This document shows, in pieces, positions 55,213 to 63,005 of a stretch of DNA of 64,000 nt (its first letter is position 1; each line of letters begins with the position of its first letter). The stretch is from Candidatus Bathyarchaeum sp. (GTDB lineage Archaea > Thermoproteota > Bathyarchaeia > Bathyarchaeales > Bathyarchaeaceae), in NCBI GenBank assembly GCA_026014495.1, contig JAOZIF010000136.1, positions 3,886 through 67,885 on the forward strand, given 5' to 3'. Made by a program: the position numbers and the translations under genes. A model generated the notes under the pieces. The model was not told the DNA's origin. It did no database searches and saw only the letters and a program-made list of their open reading frames with translations.

Positions 55213-55986
55213 CTATAGCCATCCTAGTTTGTTTGCGTCGACGTCAAAGTTGGCAGCTTTTAGTTCTTTGATTAGTTTAAGGTACCATCCCGTTTTGTAT
55301 TCTATCCAGAGAATTTGGTTGTCTTGGTTTGGGATTTTGAAGTCTTTGGTTTTCTGGTAAATTGCAGCCACGTTTTGGGGTCCAAGGTGTCCTAGAAAGT
55401 AGCCTAGTTCAAAGATGCTGTTTTGGTTTGCTTGAGTTTTTGCTTCTTGCGGAGTTTTTTCTTTTGGGTACACCCGATTGTCTGGGGACAAAAGGACTAC
55501 TGCAAAGGAGACGTGCGGGTTTTCGTTTATTGTTTTGGTTATTGTTTGTTGTTCGTGTACGATTATGGGGTCAAGGTCTAGTTTTTGCAGTGTTTGGGTT
55601 ACGTCTGTTTTCATTGTTGGGTCGTTTCCGTGGACGAGAAAGATTTTGTTTGACCTGACTTGGTTGTTGATTTTTTTGTTTCCCGTGGGTGGAGCTAGGA
55701 GTAGCTTTACTTTTTGTAGCAGAATATTTGATGCGTTGGCGACTTCTCTTAGTTTTGCTTGTTCTTGTTTGGTGAAGCCTGAATCGAATGTTTGTTCGCT
55801 GAAGGGGACTGGTTCGATGGGTTTTAGTTCTTTGTAGAAGCCTAGGGCTTGTATGTCGTTTAGTATTTTGTTGTATGTGTTTACGTAGTTTTCGTAGCTG
55901 CTCCAGAATTTTTCAGAAAAGTCTTCTTTTGAGCTATACGCAAGTGTTTCTAATTCTATTATTAGCGAACCAAAATCTATCGCCAT
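55213..55986 (-). CDS. TIR-like domain protein (COG4271/PF10137-type nucleotide-binding TIR-like domain) with an unknown helical N-terminal domain
   Basis: 257 aa. KIFLVHGNDPTMKTDVTQTLQKLDLDPIIVHEQ, FAVVLLSPDN and QNSIFELGYFLGHLG match the remembered signature of the Cap12/PycTIR-type TIR-like domain. Confidence 0.65.
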   Translation of the reverse strand: MAIDFGSLIIELETLAYSSKEDFSEKFWSSYENYVNTYNKILNDIQALGFYKELKPIEPVPFSEQTFDSGFTKQEQAKLREVANASNILLQKVKLLLAPPTGNKKINNQVRSNKIFLVHGNDPTMKTDVTQTLQKLDLDPIIVHEQQTITKTINENPHVSFAVVLLSPDNRVYPKEKTPQEAKTQANQNSIFELGYFLGHLGPQNVAAIYQKTKDFKIPNQDNQILWIEYKTGWYLKLIKELKAANFDVDANKLGWL

Positions 55987-56050
55987 CTATCTAACCCATT
56001 TAGAATTGGTTTGCTCACCTGTATATTCGTATCTTTTTGGTGCTGCTACC

Positions 56051-56113
56051 TTTTTCTGGAAAAAGGTTTTTTTCAACAATGTTCTGCTATTAGTCTCCTA
56101 ATATGCTTGGCTG
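56051..56113 (+). repeat. Copy R7 of the ~60-bp intergenic repeat
   Basis: TTTTTCTGGAAAAAGGTTTTTTTCAACAATGTTCTGCTATTAGTCTCCTAATATGCTTGGCTG. The last 27 nt are identical to R1. Confidence 0.9.
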
Positions 56114-56390
56114 TTTTGGGTGACCAGCTTTTGCAAGTTAATATACTTCCTGTTTTGGTACAATCATTTAGTGAAAGCATCTGATTGGGGGTGAAACAGG
56201 GTATGCCTTCCTTAGAAAAAAAGAACAAGCAAAAAAAGAAGAAACATAAAGAAAAATGGGGAGAATAACACGAACATACTGCTGAAGCGGTGTTAAACTC
56301 CCTTTTTTTGTGCATAAAACCAGTTTGGTTGGTTTTGTTGTTATCAAAAAATTTTATAGCTTGTTGCATTGTTGTAAACTTGTGGCAACC

Positions 56391-56735
56391 TTGAGAAAAA
56401 CTGGGTGGGGCAGTATTATCTGGGTACTACTGGGTTTTCTTATGTTCTTAACTGCATTTTTTGCACAAAATGTAGTAACAATGACTTTTGGGTTAGCTTT
56501 GACGTTTGGAAGCTTGTCACTGTGTCTGACTTCGCATCTGAAAACTGACAACACAATAAAGAAGGCTTTAGAAATAGTGTTTTTGGTTGCAGCCTTCACA
56601 GTTTTTGGCTACGGATACATTGTAACTCAAAGCCTAATACTTGGACTAATGATGATATTCATTGTAGTGATGACTCTTTTTGCATTCACAGCCACGTATC
56701 TTCTGCCAAAAATACGTAACAAACCCAAAAAATAG
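56391..56735 (+). CDS. Hypothetical small membrane protein (about 4 helices)
   Basis: Hydrophobic ORF. The track start at 56310 (GTG) adds a non-hydrophobic leader, so TTG 56391 is equally plausible. No family recognised. Confidence 0.4.
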   Translation: MRKTGWGSIIWVLLGFLMFLTAFFAQNVVTMTFGLALTFGSLSLCLTSHLKTDNTIKKALEIVFLVAAFTVFGYGYIVTQSLILGLMMIFIVVMTLFAFTATYLLPKIRNKPKK

Positions 56736-56904
56736 CAATTAACAGCTATTTTCGGCATATGTTACTGGAAACTTACGTTGAGGCTTTTGTATTTGACCCA
56801 AATACGGGACAAAACATATCAAGTTATTTTCTTAATATAGAACCTAGGGGTTAACACTGTTTCCCAATCAGAAAGATGTTGAAGTTCCTATTCTTGAGGT
56901 TCTT

Positions 56905-57651
56905 GTGGAACTTGGTGGAACGGGCAAGACAACGGAAATCTATCCACGTGTAACAAAAAAATTCCCTGAACTCACTAATGATGATTTAGCCGAAGTTTAT
57001 CTGAATGGAGAATCCAAGTGGATAAATCGTATCCGATGGGTGAGACAAAATCTTACGGCTAAAGGTGAGATAGATAGTCCAAGCAGGGGCGTTTGGGGGA
57101 TTACTGATAAGGGTAGAAAACGTGTGGAAACAAAAGAGTCCACAGAGACTGTAATTAATTTTTTTGAGTTATATGAAGAATATGAAACAGGGTTCCGTTC
57201 GCAACTGCTTGATAAGTTGCATGAACTTTCTCCTCGTCAATTTGAAATATTCTCACGGAAATTGCTTCAGGCTTACGGTTTTGTTCAGGTTAACGTAACA
57301 AACCTGTCATCAGACGGAGGTATTGATGGGTATGGAAAACTTCGATTAGGTCTTGCAACTATGAATGTGGCGTTCCAATGTAAACGATGGCAAGGTAACA
57401 TAGGACGACCAGAAGTAGACAAATTCAGAGGAGCAATACAAGGTGAGTTTGAACAAGGCGTTTTTCTTGTAACATCAGACTTTACAGAACAAGCCCGGAA
57501 TGTATCATTGAAAAAAGGAGCAGTTCCAATAATTCTACTAAACGGCGTAAGCATCGTTAATCTAATGATGCAAAAAGGAATTGGAGTAGAACGTGTTCCG
57601 TTGTATCTGCACTATGAACGGCCATCTGATTTTGTAGAAGAAATAGAGTGA
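56905..57651 (+). CDS. mrr: Mrr-family restriction endonuclease (Mrr_N winged helix plus Mrr_cat PD-(D/E)xK)
   Basis: SSDGGIDGYGKLRLGLATMNVAFQCKRWQGNIGRPEVDKFRGA and GVFLVTSDFTEQA form the Mrr catalytic core. The N-terminal-domain residues FPNQKDVEVPILEVLV are encoded in frame upstream of GTG 56905, back to the stop at 56845. Confidence 0.8.
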   Translation: MELGGTGKTTEIYPRVTKKFPELTNDDLAEVYLNGESKWINRIRWVRQNLTAKGEIDSPSRGVWGITDKGRKRVETKESTETVINFFELYEEYETGFRSQLLDKLHELSPRQFEIFSRKLLQAYGFVQVNVTNLSSDGGIDGYGKLRLGLATMNVAFQCKRWQGNIGRPEVDKFRGAIQGEFEQGVFLVTSDFTEQARNVSLKKGAVPIILLNGVSIVNLMMQKGIGVERVPLYLHYERPSDFVEEIE

Positions 57652-57697
57652 GGGCTAAAATATAACCTAATTAGTATTTCAGAGAAACTACGAAGAA

Positions 57698-59500
57698 TTA
57701 TTTGCATTTTGGCTCTTCTGGGTTCGTTAGTATTGCTCTTATTCTTCTGACGCCTGCTGCTATGCCTTTTTGTTTTGTTATTTTGAAGACCCCTAACTCT
57801 TTGGTGTTGTTGACGTGGGGTCCGCCACAAATTTCTGTTGAGAACTTTCCTACCTTGTAAACTGACACTGTATTGCCGTACTTGTCATCAAACACTGCCT
57901 GTGCGCCCCTAGTTTTTGCTTCTTCAACAGTCATCTCTTCCCTGACTACAGGCAAAGAACACCTTATTTGCTTATTAACCAAGTCTTCAACCGCAGCTAG
58001 TTCTTCAGGTGACAAAGCTCTATCAAAATTAAAGTCAAAACGCAGCCTCTCTGGAGTAATATTTGAGCCCCGTTGAACAATATCGTTCTTTTTCAGTACC
58101 ACCCGCAAAGCCTCATTTAGCAGATGAGTTGCGGTGTGAAGTTTTTTAGTTTCAATCGACGCGTCACTCAAACCGCCTTTGAACAGCTTTTTTGCACTCG
58201 CAGCCGAAACTTTTTGATGCTGTTCATACTCGTTTCTGAAGCCTGCTTCATCAACTTCAATGCCTTTTTCTGCAGCAAGCTCCTGTGTTAATTCTATAGG
58301 AAATCCAAAGCTCTGAAACAGCAAAAACGCGTTTCTTCCATCAATTGTTGCACTGTTTTCTGCTATTCGATGGAATTTTCTTAAACCTTTTTCCAGAGTG
58401 TTCTTGAACTTGGTTTCTTCTTTGCGTAACTCTGCAAATATGCTGGCTTGTTTTTCTTTAAGCAGTGGATAGTCGAATTCGTTAAGATTTATCACGACTT
58501 CAGCAACATCGTTTAGGAAGTCTTTTTCAATTCCAATTAACCGCCCAAACCTTATTGCACGCCTGATTAACCGCCGCAAAACATAGCCCCTGTCAAGGTT
58601 GCTAGGCTTAACGCCCCGTTCGTCCCCCAAAAAGAACACTGAAGCGCGGATGTGGTCGGCGATAATTCTAATCGAACGCTCTTCAGTATCGGTTGGAACA
58701 CTAATGCCCGCAAGTTCTTCCACAGTTTTTGCTATTGGACGAACTGCTCCAATCTGAAAAACGTGCTCCTTGCCCTCAAGCATTGCAGCAGTGTGCTCTA
58801 CACCCATTCCAGTGTCAACGTTCTTTTGTTTTAAGAACTCATAACAACCCGCAGGTGTTTTGTTATACTCCATGAAAACGTCGTTCCAGAGCTCAAAATA
58901 TTTACCACAAGAACAACCCGGTCTACAAGATGGGCTGCATGCTGGTTTTCCAGTATCGTAGAACATTTCAGTACAAGGCCCACAAGGTCCTGTGTTACCA
59001 ACTGGTCCCCACCAATTATCTTCCTTGCCCAAAAAGAAGATATGCTCATCAGGAACCCCTGCACTGCTCCATGCCTCAAAACTTTCGTTGTCTTTTGGAG
59101 CATCTTTATCTCCTGCGAACACGGTCACAGACAACCGTTTCCTGTCTAAGTTAAGCCACCTTTTGTTTGTGAGAAAGTCGTAACTCAGGCTGACGGCTTC
59201 TTTTTTAAAGTAGTCACCCAAAGACCAACTACCCAACATTTCAAAAAACGTCAAATGAGAACTGTCTCCAACACATTCGATGTCTCCGGTTCTGAAACAT
59301 CTTTGAACGTTTGCAAGTTTTTTTCCAAGCGGATGAGGTTGCCCCAAAAAGTATGGTATAAGCGGATGCATACCCGCTGGAGTAAATAGAACGGTTGGGT
59401 CATATTCTGGAATAAGCGGAGAATTAGGAATTAAACTGTGCTCATTTTCACTAAAGAAGTCCAAGAACAGTTTCTTTAGTTTTTGTGAATCTATGACCAT
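57698..59500 (-). CDS. alaS: Alanyl-tRNA synthetase, short bacterial-type form (catalytic, tRNA-recognition and SAD/editing-core domains; no C-Ala domain)
   Basis: 600 aa. DPTVLFTPAGMHPLIPYFLG, RCFRTGDIE..VGDSSHLTFFEMLGSWSLGDYFK, WNDVFMEY, editing-site HTATHLL and CGGPHV. Confidence 0.8.
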   Translation of the reverse strand: MVIDSQKLKKLFLDFFSENEHSLIPNSPLIPEYDPTVLFTPAGMHPLIPYFLGQPHPLGKKLANVQRCFRTGDIECVGDSSHLTFFEMLGSWSLGDYFKKEAVSLSYDFLTNKRWLNLDRKRLSVTVFAGDKDAPKDNESFEAWSSAGVPDEHIFFLGKEDNWWGPVGNTGPCGPCTEMFYDTGKPACSPSCRPGCSCGKYFELWNDVFMEYNKTPAGCYEFLKQKNVDTGMGVEHTAAMLEGKEHVFQIGAVRPIAKTVEELAGISVPTDTEERSIRIIADHIRASVFFLGDERGVKPSNLDRGYVLRRLIRRAIRFGRLIGIEKDFLNDVAEVVINLNEFDYPLLKEKQASIFAELRKEETKFKNTLEKGLRKFHRIAENSATIDGRNAFLLFQSFGFPIELTQELAAEKGIEVDEAGFRNEYEQHQKVSAASAKKLFKGGLSDASIETKKLHTATHLLNEALRVVLKKNDIVQRGSNITPERLRFDFNFDRALSPEELAAVEDLVNKQIRCSLPVVREEMTVEEAKTRGAQAVFDDKYGNTVSVYKVGKFSTEICGGPHVNNTKELGVFKITKQKGIAAGVRRIRAILTNPEEPKCK

Positions 59501-59711
59501 AGATAGGAGTTTGGTAAAAACTGCTTAATATCCATACCGTAACCAAACCCTTGAAAGATTTGACTAAAACACCAACATTTCAAAAACAAAAGATTAAAGG
59601 AGATTAAAAATCTCTCCCTCAAACAAACTCAACCTGAACTAAACTTGCAAAAGCTAAGAAAACAAAGAAATCAAAAAGAATTAAAAGAGAGGAAAAGCCT
59701 CCCCTTTGTTC

Positions 59712-59733
59712 AAAAAACGGAACTAACTCCGTT
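59712..59733 (-). terminator. Putative terminator after the stalk-protein operon
   Basis: The minus strand reads AACGGA-GTTAGT-TCCGTT followed by TTTT immediately after the P1 stop. Further hairpins (GGAGAT-TAAAA-ATCTCC) occur in the T-rich spacer. Confidence 0.35.
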
Positions 59734-60041
59734 TATCCGAACAGGGAACCTAAACCTTCCATTGCTGCTTCTTCTTTCTTGCTCTCGTCTTCTTCAGGCT
59801 CTTCTTCCTTCTTCTCTTCCGCGGCTGGTGCTGTAGCTGCAGTCGCTGGTGCTGCCGCCATCATTGCAGGAGCAGATTTGATTGCTTCTTCAATGTCAAC
59901 TTCGGCAATGGACGCCACTAAAGCTTTAACTCGAACAGCATCGGCGCTTACGCCAGCTGCCGTGAGAACTTCAGACACGCTTTTTTCGTTTATTTCTTTA
60001 CCAGCTTTGTGCAGGAGCATTGCAGCATATACGTATTCCAT
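59733..60041 (-). CDS. rpl12: Ribosomal stalk protein P1 (L12e)
   Basis: 102 aa. [19 protein letters not shown] with an acidic tail [28 protein letters not shown]. Confidence 0.95.
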   Translation of the reverse strand: MEYVYAAMLLHKAGKEINEKSVSEVLTAAGVSADAVRVKALVASIAEVDIEEAIKSAPAMMAAAPATAATAPAAEEKKEEEPEEDESKKEEAAMEGLGSLFG

Positions 60042-60094
60042 TATTCATTCTCCTCCATCTTTTCCTTCATACTTACTTTTCAACTTTTCTGAAC

Positions 60095-60973
60095 CTAACT
60101 TGATGACGCACCTTTTTTCTCGGCTTCATCCAATTTATCGCTTAGACCTTGCATTTCCATGTTAGCCTTTCTGATAAGATCCTCAACAGTATCCTTGTTA
60201 ATTACGCCAGCATTCAAAGCCAAACTGTAGGCTTCCTGATGACCTCGTCTAAGAAGATAACTGATATTTTCTGGAATTGGATAAGCCGCTTCCAAAGACA
60301 AATTGAAAGCAAACTGGTGAGCCTCTTCGACACTTCGACGAACCTCATCAAGGTCTACCTTCAGGTCTTCTTCAGTCAGAATCGCGCCATCATCATAAAC
60401 AACCTTTAAGCTTAAACCAACCTCAACAGGCTTTATTCCAAGCTTAGAAAGTAAACTCGCAAGCTGAGCACTAATCGGCTCACCTTTCTTAACAACCATC
60501 GTGGCTTTAGACACATAGACGCTTCCAGACTCTATTCTGGTGCGCAAACCAACAGCAGTAAATTGGCTAATGATTGGACCTGGAGGCAATCCAGTGTTTC
60601 CAGCAGGAACTGTAACATCAAACGCTGCTAAGTCTCCTCCTCTAGCAGTTGCGTTAACTCTACTTTTTTCGAGAAGAATCGCAAGTTTGAATGGATTTAG
60701 ATTTGTAAAAAGATACAGGTTTGGTCCGGTCAAATGTTCCTGAAGCTTTTCGATTCCAGCGTCATCCGCTGTTTCAGAAACTGCTCGTACTATGAGAGAG
60801 TTTTTAACAACTCTAAGGCAAGCGCTCTTAGCCAACTTTTTTCTTAACTGTTGAAGTTGAGCTGACCTAACCTTTTCTAGGCTGGCGATTCCCACCGCAT
60901 TATATTGCGACAGGAACTCCTTTAGTTCTTTAACTTTATCAGCCTTTAACAGAGTTGATTGACGGACTACCAT
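60095..60973 (-). CDS. rpl10: Ribosomal stalk protein P0 (uL10)
   Basis: 292 aa, uL10/P0-like throughout, located between L1 and P1. Confidence 0.9.
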   Translation of the reverse strand: MVVRQSTLLKADKVKELKEFLSQYNAVGIASLEKVRSAQLQQLRKKLAKSACLRVVKNSLIVRAVSETADDAGIEKLQEHLTGPNLYLFTNLNPFKLAILLEKSRVNATARGGDLAAFDVTVPAGNTGLPPGPIISQFTAVGLRTRIESGSVYVSKATMVVKKGEPISAQLASLLSKLGIKPVEVGLSLKVVYDDGAILTEEDLKVDLDEVRRSVEEAHQFAFNLSLEAAYPIPENISYLLRRGHQEAYSLALNAGVINKDTVEDLIRKANMEMQGLSDKLDEAEKKGASSS

Positions 60974-60982
60974 AACTTTTCC

Positions 60983-61630
60983 CTACATAGCCACCTTAAC
61001 TGAGCCACCCATAGAGGTTTTCAAATAAACCGACTTGAAGTTTTTGATTCCTCTTTTGAGTTTTCCCTCGATTCTTCTAACAACAGCTTGAACATTTTCA
61101 GCTATTTCTTCGTCTGTCATAGCTTCATTTCCGATTCGGCACTGAATAACAGGTTGCCCTCGCATTCTCACGAACACAACGTTCTGATGCTTCTTAATCT
61201 GTTCTTCTATGTTAGCATTAGGAGCCACTGGAGTAGGCATCTTCCCTCTAGGACCAAGGGATGCACCAAGACTCTTACCTACAAGAGGCATCATTGGCGC
61301 CTCAGCTATGAACAAATCATACTTTTTGGCAACTTCTTTCTGTTTTTTCTTATCTCCAACTAAAGCTTCAAGGTTAGCACTTTCAAGAACAGTAGCACCA
61401 GCCTTTTTTGCCTTCATCGCCATCTCGCCTCTAGCTATAACACATACCTGCATTTGTTTTCCAACAGAATGCGGTAACTCAATGCGTTCCTGAATTCTAC
61501 CTTCAGGCTTCTTCATGTCAATGTTCTGCAAGTTTATGGCGAGGTCTATAGACTGAGAAAACTTACGTTCAGATGAATTATTTTTAACCTCTTTAACTGC
61601 CGCAATGAGGTTTTTCATGTTCAATGGCAT
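60983..61630 (-). CDS. rpl1: Ribosomal protein uL1
   Basis: 215 aa. FSQSIDLAINLQNIDMKKPEGRI and LGPRGKMPTP. Confidence 0.95.
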   Translation of the reverse strand: MPLNMKNLIAAVKEVKNNSSERKFSQSIDLAINLQNIDMKKPEGRIQERIELPHSVGKQMQVCVIARGEMAMKAKKAGATVLESANLEALVGDKKKQKEVAKKYDLFIAEAPMMPLVGKSLGASLGPRGKMPTPVAPNANIEEQIKKHQNVVFVRMRGQPVIQCRIGNEAMTDEEIAENVQAVVRRIEGKLKRGIKNFKSVYLKTSMGGSVKVAM

Positions 61631-61692
61631 TCTATGAGCCTCGCGCCAATGACGTACAAGAGCCAGTTATAAAAATCTTATTACTCTAAAAC

Positions 61693-62178
61693 TTATTTTA
61701 CTAGTAAAGTATCGTGCTTTCCTTCATCGATTTCCTTCTGAATTTCGCGTGGATCTTTGCTTTCAACCGTTACGCCCATGCTCACTCCAGTCCCCAAAAC
61801 CTCTTTAACAGCTGCCTTTAAGTCTCTACCCAAAACATCTTCACGCTTCATCTTAGCAATCTTCACAACTTGCTCCAAGGAAAGATCACCAATCTTTTCA
61901 GTGTTAGGAACCCCTGAACCCTTAGTTACGCCCAACTCGCTGACAAGCAACGCTGAAACTGTAGGTGTACCTACACTCACTTCAAACTCTTTATTGTCAG
62001 TGTCCACACTGATCTTCACTGGCACTTTCATGCCCGCGTAGTCTTTTGTTATTTCGTTGATTTTGGTTACTATAGCTAAAACATTAACTCCCAACGGACC
62101 AAGAGCAGGTCCAAGAGGAGGACCAGCGGTAGCTTGCCCGCCGTTCACTAAAGCTTCAACAACTTTCTTTTCTCCCAT
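61693..62178 (-). CDS. rpl11: Ribosomal protein uL11
   Basis: GGQATAGPPLGPALGPLGVNV. I prefer the start at MGEKK (62178), which lies just downstream of the Spt5 stop, over 62211. Confidence 0.95.
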   Translation of the reverse strand: MGEKKVVEALVNGGQATAGPPLGPALGPLGVNVLAIVTKINEITKDYAGMKVPVKISVDTDNKEFEVSVGTPTVSALLVSELGVTKGSGVPNTEKIGDLSLEQVVKIAKMKREDVLGRDLKAAVKEVLGTGVSMGVTVESKDPREIQKEIDEGKHDTLLVK

Positions 62179-62182
62179 GTTT

Positions 62183-62659
62183 TCATTCTTCCTTTTTCGA
62201 TTTCTCAACAAGTTTCACGTAGTCGGCGTGAACTGTGATTGGTAAAGTGAAGGTTGCCTCCAACAATTCAAGAGTCACATCCTCCTTTGCTTTATCCACC
62301 CTTGTAATTTTGGCTCTCATTCCCTTGAAGGGTCCTCCAACAACTTCAACGAGGTCATCTGCGTCCAATTCTTCGATAACAGGTTTCACAACTATGTATC
62401 GTTCTACTTCCGGAAAAGTCACAACACCCGGAACTCGAGACCTTACGTGTTTGACTCCCGCTATGGCTTTTTCTACAGAGTGAGGGCCATCAGCTTCAAT
62501 GAAAACGTAGCCCTTCAACATCTCAGGCACAAGCACAGCTTTTATTTGCAGTTTATACATTTTCACTTTTGCTTCAATAAGATTCGCCACATTTTTTTCT
62601 TGACCTGCAGTGGTTCGTACAGCGAATACAGCTGTTGAAATTTTAGTTTCCTCGCCCAT
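62183..62659 (-). CDS. spt5: Transcription elongation factor Spt5 (NusG homolog)
   Basis: 158 aa. NGN domain VFAVRTTAGQEKNVA and KOW motif DLVEVVGGPFKGMRAKI. Confidence 0.9.
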   Translation of the reverse strand: MGEETKISTAVFAVRTTAGQEKNVANLIEAKVKMYKLQIKAVLVPEMLKGYVFIEADGPHSVEKAIAGVKHVRSRVPGVVTFPEVERYIVVKPVIEELDADDLVEVVGGPFKGMRAKITRVDKAKEDVTLELLEATFTLPITVHADYVKLVEKSKKEE

Positions 62660-62671
62660 AATCTATCAACT

Positions 62672-62845
62672 CTATAAAACGTTACCAATGAGCCTGATTA
62701 TGTAGCCGATTCCTCCGATTACTATGATGCCTAGAAAGCATATCTTTATCGATAGCCAAAGCTCGGTTCTGCCGGGTTTTGTGGCAAGTTTAAGCAATCT
62801 GGATGCTGACTCAAAGAATGATCGTAGTCCCAAGGTTCTTCGCAC
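62672..62845 (-). CDS. secE: Preprotein translocase subunit SecE (Sec61-gamma)
   Basis: 57-aa ORF absent from the track (shorter than 60 aa), GTG start. VRRTLGLRSFFESASRLLKLATKPGRTELWLSIKICFLGIIVIGGIGYIIRLIGNVL. It occupies the conserved position upstream of spt5. Confidence 0.8.
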   Translation of the reverse strand: MRRTLGLRSFFESASRLLKLATKPGRTELWLSIKICFLGIIVIGGIGYIIRLIGNVL

Positions 62846-63005
62846 CTTTCAAATTAGGTTCTAATATGTAAACTTATCCCCGAGAAAAAGTTTTTCCAAC
62901 ATAGTTTTTTGTGGTTTTGCTAAAGGTTTACTGAAAGTGAAGTGTTCTATTCAGCACAACAGATGTTAAAAGGCAAAAAATGGGTAATATTACTTTGGTG
63001 AATAA

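Noticed and set aside
33-56113. The ~60-bp repeats interpreted as a CRISPR array, as MITEs, or as integron attC sites.
   Set aside because: Spacing is irregular (0.4 to 25 kb) and the orientation is mixed, so this is not CRISPR. There are no terminal inverted repeats or target-site duplications, so these are not MITEs. The palindromes are tiny internal hairpins rather than the R''-L''/L'-R' paired arms with RYYYAAC/GTTRRRY boxes of attC sites, no integron integrase is in the window, and cargo orientation relative to the repeat is inconsistent.
56073-56369. 98-aa minus-strand ORF between the TIR-like gene and the membrane protein.
   Set aside because: It runs through repeat copy R7 and an A/T homopolymer-rich stretch (FFFFCLFFF), so it is likely spurious.
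62881-62915. CCCGAGAAAAAGTTTTTCCAACATAGTTTTTTGTGG upstream of mscL as a further repeat copy, and AGCCAAGACTATCTAATGTGC at 3455-3475 as a repeat remnant.
   Set aside because: Only loose similarity to parts of the consensus, requiring indels and matching fewer than 20 positions. This could be chance in AT-rich intergenic DNA.
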